DNA of 61,774 nt, filler included, from Sphacelaria rigidula (lineage: Eukaryota), in assembly GCA_964200075.2 (NCBI GenBank). It is 9 parts of 9 records of this genome, joined end to end, with 100 filler letters (N's around TTAATTAATTAA, not from the genome) between each part and the next. Parts side by side here need not be neighbours in the genome. Positions count along the whole stretch, not along the records: positions 1 to 6,776 come from CAXNAA020018138.1; positions 6,877 to 13,651 come from CAXNAA020018139.1; 7 more parts are not named here. The stretch is one strand, 5' to 3'. The notes beneath the pieces were generated by a model. That model had not been told where the DNA came from, made no database searches, and saw nothing but the letters and a program-made list of their open reading frames with translations. Position 1 is the first letter of the stretch. The number at the start of each line of letters is the position of its first letter. The translations under genes were made by a program, and so were the position numbers. Positions 1-10,836 of the stretch are shown in pieces.

Positions 1-402
1 GAGCTGCATCCTCCTGAGATTGTTCGACCCGAAGCCTACTGATTATCTTGCATTTGGATGTCAACCAGGCGGGGAAGTCGGAACGACTTTCATATAAAGC
101 GTATACAACTCAATCGCTCAAGCTGCGGCGATTGAACCCAGTCCACCTACATTGGGAGCGCAACACGAACCCACTCGCGAAAACGGAACGTCTCTGGTTT
201 CAAGCCCTACGGAAACTATAAACAGGGTACGACGACACATGAGGAAAAAACAAATTGGACGCCAGACGGGGCGTAAAGCAGCTAGACCACGCCATAGGGA
301 GGGCAGAAAAAAAGATAGTGTATAGCAAGCATCACGGCTCGTCCTCCTTCCACGAGCTGTCCGTATTGCGCAGAATGGCGTCATCTATGTCAGTAGAGTT
401 AA

Positions 403-695
403 CCGGCGTTGGGCTACAATATGTCCATGGTTGATATTACTTGATTTAGGTCTGAACAACGAAATCGGATATTTTGTGGGGCTGACATTCCCGTGCGCTC
501 CTCGCGTGCGCAGAATACGTTTTGTTCAAATCGGCGCCTGTGGCGCCGATTTCGGGTCTACGAAGGCCGCAACTTGCCTAGGGAACCCGATTTACTATCC
601 TTACCCGATATTTCTCGGTGTTTCTTGGGTTAGGGTTAGGGGTAGCAATAGTTATAAAATGTGACAATCATGGGCATATTGTAGCCCAACGCCGG
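403..695. mobile_element. MITE with ~30-bp TIRs, TTAA-type flanks and an internal TTAGGG motif
   Basis: CCGGCGTTGGGCTACAATATGTCCATGGTTG at the left end is the inverse of CAATCATGGGCATATTGTAGCCCAACGCCGG at the right; flanks TTAA (399-402) and TTGA (696-699); GGGTTAGGGTTAGGGG at 627-642. Confidence 0.8.
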
Positions 696-723
696 TTGAC
701 CGACCTCATCTATGCTGGCGTCG

Positions 724-3700
724 TCATGACGCTGTAAACACAGGACCCGCTACCGGCAATCGGCGCTTCGGTGTAGTAAGCATCGTCTGAACTGATCTTG
801 AGGGGTCCGGGGTCGTCGAGAAATCAGATATAGTAGCAGTTGTTGAAGTCGGAGTCTGTTCAGTGTATCTTGCCCAACCACCGAAAGGTGTCCAGCGCCT
901 TGTACCAGAAATACGCGCCCTTCGGTAGACGTTTCCTGCGAGAAGGAAGTAAGTATTGCGCACGGGAAACAAGCTATAGCCACCCACGACAAACCGCGCT
1001 GAATGCTCCCGGTCCAGCTCCCGTGCCGCCGGGCCTCTTTCGTATGGACTTGTGTCTTCGGTTCGACGGACGACTAATGCCGAGATAGCCCCCCCACAAA
1101 AAGTGCACGGGAGACCGTCCGACAAACCGGCTGCGATTCCACTATTGGGCTCATTTGCAGCAATGCCGCCCACATGAAAGGCTTGTAGCAGTCCGAGATC
1201 AGCTATAACGCCCAAATAAGTCGCGTCGTGGAACACGAAACCAGCTCTAGCGGCATTGATGATCATCACCTCCGTGCACATTTTTGGCCGGTTTGCGGGG
1301 GGAGGGCTATCTCGGCAGCAGTCGGACGGTTTTGCGCAACATTCCCTACCCAGTATAGCAAGATTTGTCTACGAAAGTACCGCACGTCAATTCTCCTTTC
1401 CCATGTGACCCGTATCAACCCTTTCCAACGTGTCTGATAAATTACAGCTAGTTTGCCCCCACGCCCCCGGACCAGTTGGTGTCCACCAATATATTCAACC
1501 GCTACCCGTTCGATGTGTGTGTTGACATCTGTGGCCGTGACATGGAAAGACCGGGACTTGGTGGCGTGCTTGGTATACACGTACTGGCTGAGTCCCAACG
1601 GTTATTGTTTGGGAGTGCCAGTTGTATCGTGCGGCGCTGTGCAAGGTTTGCAGCGTAGGACAGACTCGCGATAAATTGGCGAAAGCCCTGTCTCATAGAG
1701 CGTGTTCCAGTTTCGTTTTTCTTGGGTGCGTCCATCATGAGGCCACAGCTGGACCCCTGGGGGGTCAGTTCAAGTGCGACAATCAATCAATCAATCATAC
1801 GTAAGGAAATAAAGATACAGAAGTTTCTCCCTTATGGGGCGATATTCGGGTGCTGTGCCGCTTGGTTGAACACCCAATACTCAATATTTTCCGCGACCCG
1901 GTCCAATCCAGGGACAGGTTGGCCTTCAACACCACGTCTAGCGCATCCTTTTCCGCGCTGGTTCCATGGTGCACGGTTTTCACATCATTTTTCACCCACA
2001 CCCGTGCACCTACCTTCCAGATTGGTTGCTTGTGCATTACCGAATCTAACGTGGCCTTGACACTACTCGTTTCTGTGGGGTTCATCTGGTTTTGTTCACG
2101 AACTACTTCGTATGCCAATCACAGTCGATGGCTCAGAAGATCGTGGTACTTCCTCACATCTCGGTCAAAACGGTGGTGTCCGCAGGCGTTCCGGCGTTCG
2201 AATACGGCTAACCGCAACGTCGGCAAACGACCAATGTGAATTTCGTTTGGTGCGAGACCGGTGGCGGTGTGAACATACTTGTTGTAGCTCATTTTGACAA
2301 TAGGCAGATGCAAATCCGAATCTGTCTGTCGTTCGTTCGTGACGGCTGACAGCACTTGCACCATCGTATGATTGACGCGTTCTGTCCCACCATTCGTGTT
2401 TGTGTGGTACGAGCTCATGAAAAGTCGACAAGAGCCCACTAGTTTGCTGCCCACGGCAGACAGTTTGCCTTAAAACTCTTGACCACTGTCGGAAAGCAGT
2501 CTTCTTGGAATACCCCACTTTCTCTTGTACTTGTACCCGAACGAGTTAGCGGTGCCCTCCACGGTATAGCTGGATTTCGACACGGCGGACATGACGGCGT
2601 GTCTACTTAATCTATCCGTAATCAACGACATGCACTTGTTGTCGCTCTCTGTGATGGACAAAGGTGCAAAATAATCCCAAGGTTCAAATTCACGGGCCCG
2701 TTGGGGAGCGGTATGGAGAGGGCGGGCCAGCGCACAGTTTTTCGAGACGTTTTGCGTACCTCACAGACGACACGACGGCGTATCCACGGAGATACACATT
2801 GGTCGAGGCGAATCCACAAGGAGAAACGTTCGATGAACTGTATCGTCCGAATTGCGCCCATGTGCGTCGAAGGGTTGGAATGGCACTCGTGTAAGACCCA
2901 TAGTATTTTCAACATCAGCACGTAGGTGTGAAGTGGTTCGTCACCAACTACTGCATCGACCGGGGGATCGGTGTGTTCATGGGGCCAACCTGGGCTTGCG
3001 AACTAAAAGTATAGTTGACGCACGACGTTGTCTGACGAGCTTGAGAATTTCAACGGAGGGAAATGTTAGTGGGCAGTTTTGAGACGGGAAAAGTGTCGCT
3101 GCGCGGCTAGCGGGTTCTGCAAATTGTTTTCGCGCCCGCTCTTGGTAGAACAAGTCTAACGTTTTTACATTCGATTTCAGCTGGGGAAACCGAGAAGGCA
3201 ATCACGGGCATCATGAATGTTACCCGTAGAACTTTCACTCTCGGGATGTAATGTACAAATGGGTGACGAGCTTCGACAATGGAACGGTACAGCCGGCTTC
3301 GACATCGATTAGCGGCTCGCCTTCGGTTGGAGGCTGTACAAGGACGGAGTCGCTTGTATCCTTGTGGTCGTTGAGAGGAGGGTCGTTATTCGGGGATTCG
3401 TCGATCGTCGACAGGCCGGGGGGTGGTGAACGTGCCTTGTTTACTTTTCTGTATGTACATGGTTTGGGTGGGGCCAAAAAGCTAGCCGGCACCGATACTG
3501 GCGTAGGTGGGGCGAGATCGGGCCTGGAAATGTGGTCATGGGCGGCTGCCTTCGCCGCTCTGTAGTCCCTCGTTCTACCAGAGATGAGGTCTCGTACTTG
3601 TACAGGAAAAGCAGAAGACGTATTTGTGAGTTCCGGTGCGGCTACCACAGACATGCGGCGCCCCGTTACTCTAACGGTGTCGCATCCGAATATACTAGGA

Positions 3701-3822
3701 AGGATGGTATTAGTGATTACTGAGACCGAAAAGGAGGATCGGGGAGATGAACTTCCCAGTACTTCTTTCGGGGCAGATAGGTTTTCCAGCCCACTCATGC
3801 TCAATCGAGACGCTCTCAACAA
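724..3822 (-). mobile_element. Degenerate Ty3/Gypsy pol 3' part: integrase plus chromodomain-like tail
   Basis: HHCC-like 'LHECHSNPSTHMG...VVCEVRK'; core 'WGIPRRLLSDSGQEF' and 'SSYHTNTNGGTERVNHTMVQVL'; chromo-like 'VEYIGGHQLVRGRGGKLAVIYQTRWKG'; many frameshifts. Confidence 0.85.
1072..1323. mobile_element. MITE, ~250 bp, GAC...GTC ends, 4-bp TSD, inserted into the Gypsy integrase tail
   Basis: TIRs GACTAATGCCGAGATAGCC / GGCTATCTCGGCAGCAGTC; GGAC on both sides (1068-1071, 1324-1327); second copy at 51845-52094. Confidence 0.85.
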
Positions 3823-5637
3823 GTTTCAGCTTCATTGGTGCTTGTGGCGTTGTGTTTCGCTTCTGTCTCTGGGCGCACTCGAGAACACCCTCAATTCAGC
3901 CCCTTTTGAGCAGAGCGAGTCTTGATTGAACTTCTCAGACTTGATTGTCGCAACTTCAAGTGAGGCACTTTTGGAGGTTGGAAGCATCACGCGCAGCTAC
4001 CGGCTCTCCAAATCACTTTCAACACCCTCATGAAGCTTCAGCTTCATTGCTGCTTTCTTCGTTGCCTTCGCTTGTGCGTGCTGACGCCGTCCGCGGCTGA
4101 GGTGAAAGGGGTGTTTAAGTACGTGATCGAGCTATCGGCCATCGGACACGCGATTGATCTGAACCAGTCTCGGTTTCCATGTCAACAAACGGCGAGCGTA
4201 CAGCCTCCCCTCTCGAAGAGTACGAGGGCGGTAGAGATCTTCACTCTTCGCTACCAACCCTACTACGAGCAAACTCAAATCGGGTTGTCACGTCGTGAAG
4301 TTTTGCCCGGAGAGCGGATTGGTCAAATAACAAGGATGGACCGACCAGAAAATTGGCCCAAGGAGGAGCGACAAAAAGGTGAGCCTGGCTCTAGTCAAAT
4401 CCGCAAGGAGTTTGCATCTACTGTTGTCGTCGCTGTCTGTGTTGGTATCTCTCCTGTCTTTCCTGTCTCGCCTCTTCTCAGTTCACAGCCAAGAGTTCGT
4501 GTAATGTGTACTGAGGGTGCCTTCCCTCTTGTGCATATTTGACCTCGGCAACCCGAGGCGAGGCGTGTGGGGTCTGCTGTTGTTGCTGCTACTGTGTGTC
4601 CTATTGTGTCTCCTACTGTGTATTGCTGTCCCTCCCTTCCTCTCTCTCTCCTGGCTTCCCTCTTCTAAGCCCACAGCCAAGAGTGTGTAATGTATGCTGA
4701 GTGTGCTCTCCCACTATTCTGTGTGTATGTCCGTGACAAACACCAAGGAGAAGCCGGAGATGTTTCGTTGAGAATAGCGAACGGGAGGTATTGCACTGTC
4801 TGTAATGTACTGCACTGTCTTTAGGTACCAAGGGTCGGACGAATTGATGTTTCGTCTGAAAATTACTTGATTTTAGTGTAATTGATTCGTACCGTACGAA
4901 TCAATCTCTAGGCTTTATTTTCAGCGTTGCAAGCCAGCTACGCGCAGCCCAGGCACGTGAAATGGCGCGAAAGTCGCGTGGAGACTCGTTTGACCAGCGG
5001 TAGACTTTTTGCTCTCTTTCGAGCAATGGGGCCCAAGAAATCGTAAATTTAGTTATTTTTCGAACCGGTAATGATTCGTCCGAACCGTGGTAGGTTCTAT
5101 CTAAATGATCATGACAGCCAAGTGACAGCTGTCTTTTTTTCCTCGTCGACAGGAAAAATACTGTAAATCCGGGTATGCATAATCGGATCCGTACTTGACT
5201 GCAATCCGGCTGACTAAACATTATCAAAGATTCGTCCCGATCCACAACCCTCAGATCCCGCGACGGTCTGATCCTCGACTATCCTCCTCTGGTGAAAAAT
5301 GGAATATATATACTTCTCGAAGTATTGGATTTCCGCGATGGTAGGCAGATATGCAAAGCACAGCGTAGATGCACTAGCTATGGAAAAGGTCTGCACCTTT
5401 GCACGTCCGGAGTATTTCCCCATCCTGGTGCTAGAAGCACACCTCAAGCAAATATAACAAACGATGCAATCCACTCTCAGGGTCGACAACTCCAATAATA
5501 CGTTCTCCATTTTACTGTACCATCCTTCGCTTTCTCTCTTTTACTTCCTTCCCCTAGATCCCTCCCTTGTGCAGCGTTCCTCTTCCTGAAATATTATGGC
5601 TACACTAGGTAAATGATTTCGAATCCATGCTTACACC

Positions 5638-5815
5638 CTACTGTATGCAGAAAGCACAGATGGTACCGTCCTGTCTGTACTGCACATTGGTAAACTCATC
5701 TTGACATCCTACTGTATGCAGACAGCATAGGCAGTGTTACACTGTCTGTATCGCACATCGTTCAAATATTTCCACGTCTTACTGTATGCAGTTGTCTGTA
5801 CTACACACTTGGCAC
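5638..5815. repeat. Degenerate ~71-bp tandem repeat, about 2.5 copies
   Basis: CTACTGTATGCAG...TGTCTGTA..GCACA recurs at about 5638, 5709 and 5780. Confidence 0.6.
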
Positions 5816-6070
5816 AGCTATTTTGGTACAACACATGATTGCACCTACAGTATCCCGCGGGACTGTCAGCCAAAATATTGTACCGAAACGAGGCCCGGCG
5901 CTGAAAGCAGTGTTCAGCTTACCTGATATTTGTCCTGAACTCTGTAAGACTTCCCTTGCCCTATTCGATAGCTCTATGACTCCAGTATCACTTGCATACC
6001 CCTACTCAATAGATCTGTGACTTTAGTACAGGCTGGGCCAGCTGACAGTGATTTTTTAATGTATTTTGGC

Positions 6071-6348
6071 GATGCGGTGGGTAATTCGAAGAGTTAGGTG
6101 CTGAATGTTTGCCGCAACACTTTTATCATCACCACGCACAACATTCCTGGGGGTGCATTGAAGGAAAAACAAAAACAGGAAGTTAGAGCGATTCGAAGTT
6201 TCTGCAAAAATTGAAAAAATGCTTTAACTCCGTGATATATATATATATATATATATATGGATGCATCCCCAGAAATGTTGTGCGTAATGATGATGAAAAT
6301 GTTGCGTCAAAATTTCAGCGCCTAACTCTTCGAACTACCCACCGCATC
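6071..6348. repeat. Foldback: ~88-bp inverted repeat around a spacer containing (TA)n
   Basis: 6071-6158 (GATGCGGTGGGTAATTCGAAGAGTTAGG...CTGGGGGTGCAT) is the near reverse complement of 6261-6348. Confidence 0.8.
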
Positions 6349-6776
6349 CGATTTTTCGTGTTGCACCCGGTGGTCAAACTCATAGAACCGCCTCGAATTA
6401 CAGAGGTCACGAGTTCGAATCCCGACACGACCATTTTGTTTTTGCGCATAATCTGGCATAGCGCCTGGCATCTGGGGGGTGTATAGCGCTGTCTGAGGTA
6501 GTACTTCTCCATCTCACGGTGGTAAATGACCATCGGCTGGGAGGTTCTCTCCCATGATGGAGCTGTTGACGACATCTTGCAGCACTTCTCGTACCGGTGT
6601 GCTTTTGCCTGACAATGTCGAGTCTTCGAGTGCCTGTGCGGCGCAATTCCTACCGTAATTCCACCGCATTTCGTGAAACGAAACATCTTCAGACCAGCTA
6701 TCACGCAACGACACGAGACGTTCCCGGTACTGAATTCAGTACAAAAACATCGTAGCCAAAACTTCGCCAATCGACC

Positions 6777-6876
6777 NNNNNNNNNNNNNNNNNNNNNNNN
6801 NNNNNNNNNNNNNNNNNNNNTTAATTAATTAANNNNNNNNNNNNNNNNNNNNNNNNNNNNNNNNNNNNNNNNNNNN
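6777..6876. other. Artificial contig linker N44-TTAATTAATTAA-N44 (also 13652-13751, 20527-20626, 27402-27501, 34277-34376, 41152-41251, 48027-48126, 54901-55000)
   Basis: Eight identical 100-nt spacers spaced 6875/6874 bp apart; the TTAATTAATTAA core gives stops in all six frames. Confidence 0.98.
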
Positions 6877-7340
6877 TTTTTTCCTTTAGGTCTCTTCCGC
6901 GTGCGCCGAGTTTCTGTTGGTTGGGTGCGGTTCTTGGAGAGGGGGGGGGGGGGGGGGGGGAGAACGGAAAAGACAAAAATGGAGAGTAATGGAGAAGAAA
7001 AAAAAGCACGGATGAGATGCCTAATAAAAGAGAGAAAAACAAGAAAAAGCGTAATACCAGCGTACGATACGCCTTCCTGTTTCGATTTCGTGTTCACCAC
7101 GTTACCCAGTATCGTCGCACCAGGACTCCACATGTCGGAGGGATCAACGCGTGCATGGATCTGGCGCGTACTCTGCACAATGAGTTCGCGGTATCCGTAC
7201 GGTCTTTACAATTTATACAGCGTTTGCAATATTTATCTATACCCCCCGGGTCCCTAGTGCACTTTTTGTCCACACCGATCCGTACCCCACAGATCACTCG
7301 GATCTTGACTCGTCCCAGTATTTGACAACCATGAAAACAG

Positions 7341-10174
7341 GAGTGCGGCACGGGTATAGCATGGTTTGAGGAAGGAGCCTCGAATATCACGGCGGGGGCC
7401 GCGGGAGGGCGCACGGGGATGACGGCTCAGTGTTCGGCGGGAGGGATATGTGACGAGTCTACGGGGAACTGCACCTGCAGAAGCACGATATTCGATGGCG
7501 ACGCATGCGACACGATGGATTGCCCGAATTGCAGCGATGTCGGAACATGCAGGGATATGGAGTACTTCGCCGCGGTAGGGAGAAGAAGAAGCGAAGAATA
7601 TATATATATATATATATTTCCTTACACGCTTCGCATAGGTTAACTTTCGATTTCCCGACCACCGTTGCGTATAGGACAACAAACCTTTCGCTTGGCTTGC
7701 AATGGCAAAAGGTCGAACCGCAAAAACATTCATGCCTACTCTGTTCTCCTGAAAAAAACTAACTGCCATGAAGCTACAGAGGGGTGTTCAATAGTGCGGG
7801 AATCTGATGAGAGTGCTATCGGAAACATGTACCACAACACTTTTCCTGTATTGGAACTCCGAGTGCAGTTGTTTTTGCCATTACCTCCATCCACGCGTCG
7901 CCGCTTGTTTCGCTGGTGCAGTCGGCCAGTATCAACGGGGAAACGGTGTCATACTTTTACGATCTGTGGGACGCCAACAAGATGCGGTCTTGCCAGTGCA
8001 ACGGTACTCGAGCCGTGGACAATGTTTATTCCGGCACGTCCGACACCTATCGTGGACCGTACGCCTTCGCTGACACGGATTCGTACGGGTACAACTGCAG
8101 TCTTGCAAGGTAGGCGAGAAATGATAAATGAAGTCAATTGGATAGTTTCGGGAGGCTGGGTAATGACAAACCTAGCTGGTGTTGATGAACAGCTACACGC
8201 AGTTCAGCCAAGATACACGAGGGAAAAATATCGAGATGCTTTTCGGCGAGTCGGAGTTTAGCGTGCGGCATGTCTGAATCTGGCTGCCGTCGCGGGAGAC
8301 CGTCAAGATACTCAGCACTCTGATCGTGAGGGTGATTAGCGCGGCCTTTTCCCTTGAGGCGTTACCAAAATAAAACCGGTGAAGTCGACTATTGCACAAG
8401 CATCGCATCTCATGCAGTGTTAGCAGAACTTGGACAAAAAAAACGCAAAGTACATGCAGGCACACATACCACCTCGGAAGTACCCTCCTCTCCCCTAATT
8501 TGTTCTCTTCGCCAGGTGTCCCACCGGGGATCACTCTCACACACCCGGAGTGACCGATCTGCAGCGAGTCAATTGCTCGGGAGAGGTGGGCGTCTTCAGT
8601 CTTGGCTTTCGGGATGATTGGACGGATGAGCTACCCTTCTACATCACGGCCGAGAACATGGAAATTGCCCTGGAAAACACAGCTCGGTGGGTCGGCCAGG
8701 CAGTCGATTAGAGAGTCGCTCTTCGTCCAACTAGTGGACGAGATCTTGCAAACTTCACAGTCGGATGGGACGCTAATGACATTGTATATGTCGCTGCGAT
8801 TGTGAAGCTGGTACCGTCTTTTCCGGAATCATTTCTTTTGGTACTGTATATTCCATGAGAGCGTCCGCAACATAGTGCTTGCGTATGCTTCATGTACTTC
8901 TGATCCTGGTGGAGAGTTGTTGGGAGTTTGGGACTAATTTTCCTGATTCTGCTATCGCGAACATCCGCTCCTAGATCGCACTGCGTACACACCGCGAGTT
9001 AGGAAACATGCCGTGATCGCTGACATCGCCTGCCCCAGTAGTTCGATCCCGTTCGTGCGTCTTCACCGTCATTCATCACCGTCCCCTTTGATTCTCTTTT
9101 GAGTAGGATATTCGACGTGACGGTGACGTATTACCCAAACGGAACTTCTGCGTGCAACGAATCGGAATGTGAGTCGTGAGGAAAAAAACTGTTCATGAGG
9201 GGCAGCCATGAAGGTCGCGTGGCGGCTCGAGAAATGCGTAGAGGGCTGGAGTGACCAAGGTGTTGGTGTGCGCAATCGTAGGGTGTTGTGTCGATAGGAA
9301 CCACAAGCAAGTATGGACGAGTCTCGTGTGGTAATCTGTGGTGCATGCGACATACAACGCGGAGTTAGCCTATCTATGTTGCGACGAGGACGCGTGTCGC
9401 ATATAGTGGCGACACATGCAATGACCGGAGACGGTTCATCCATAATCAGTAATAGCAACTGGGCAGAAGTAGCCCACGCAACGATTCACACTGCCTCACC
9501 GGCCCCGCTCGCCTGACGCAAAACGCACGCAGATTTCGAAGTCGAGTTCCTCACCGAAAATGGAGACCTTCCCCTGATCCGGGCAGACTCCAGTTATCTG
9601 TTCATGAGCGTGAGTGCTGTAGCAAACTAAACCCGTTAGCGCGCCATCTCGACACCGGAATGTTGACAACAGTTGCCACCAGGTTTTGTTGGGACAGGGG
9701 TTACGCACTGCGATCTGTGCATGTTGCGAGTCCTTCTTATCGATAGGCAAACTATGAGCTGTGCAACACTTTGCATGAACACCAGAGACGACCAGGATGG
9801 AAAACCCGACATTTTCCTGCCTACTACGGCTGGCGTCATGTGCTGTCTACCCAAATGACATCCCCATTACCCCGAAACGCCAGCGCCCCATGCCACCCTC
9901 TTCTTGCCCCGGTGAACGCAAAACTGCTACAACATAGGATGGCACTACGACCGGGAAAGTCAGCGTGACAAAAATGCAAACGGGTACGAGGGAAGACTTG
10001 GAGTGCGCGGCGCACGGCATATGCCTGGAGTCCACAGGAACATGCGACTGCTTTGTGGGGTATCAGAGTAGTAATGGGAGCGGTAGCATAGGCGAGAGGG
10101 GCGACTGCGGGTGGCGGAACGAGCACCAGACGGCACTTTTCTCGGGCAGCGAGCAAGCCAGCGACTACAATTAG
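7341..10174 (+). CDS. EGF/tenascin-like cysteine-rich protein, 3' part; exons 7341-7574, 7922-8109, 8516-8686, 9107-9168, 9533-9609, 9938-10174
   Basis: GT-AG introns with compatible phases give ECGTGIAWF..CSAGGICDESTGNCTC...WDANKMRSCQC...RCPTGDH...FSLGFR...VEFLTENGDLP...GTREDLECAAHGICLESTGTCDCFVGY...GERGDCG*. The 5' end is not resolved. Confidence 0.88.
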
Positions 10175-10836
10175 GTCATGGACAAGCCTTTGTAGACGTT
10201 CTTCCGGCAGGTCTTGAGAGAGACGCCTCAGCTGTCTTCTTCATGTGCACCGGAGGGTCCAGGTCCAGGCAGTACATGTGTGTCTGAATCGGCGGGCATC
10301 CAAATGTGGTGATACACCTCGATGGCCACGGTCGGACTTGTGCGAGTGAGTTCGGGGTGCTTCAATCTTGAGAGCGATTCGTAGTGTCAACCGTGTGGTG
10401 TAGAGGAGGGTATACATACCGCGGACTCGATTTGAGCGCGAGGCGCCTCTAGATGCCATGGAAACAACGGGGATGGGCAAATATGGAGCATATTTCCATT
10501 TTACTACTGTGAACCATCACATTACCTGAAACGATGGGCAATCTCTGATGGAAACCTCTACTGCTACATATATACTACAAAAAATCTACTCAGTATCGCC
10601 GGCGCCCTTTGCTCCAGGCCAGCGTTACACTGCCCGGACGTGCGCCTGGTGAAGCAGTACGAAAAGCGTAAATCAGCCCACCCTTGAATTAAACACACAC
10701 ACATACGCTCCCAGTATCCCCCTGCACAAAAATATCAGTCGGCTTTACAAAACTATCAAGATGCGCACACACTTTACATCTGTTTGAGTAAATTTTCGAT
10801 AACGCCGGCAAGAAAAAAACACCTTGAGTGCAACTA

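Noticed and set aside
6821..6832. TTAATTAATTAA as a regulatory site, and ORFs running through N blocks
   Set aside because: Artificial linker.
7124..7190. Upstream exon of the EGF-like gene
   Set aside because: It has AG/GT borders and a compatible phase, but the peptide (TPHVGGINACMDLARTLHNEFA) lacks family features, so it is unsupported.
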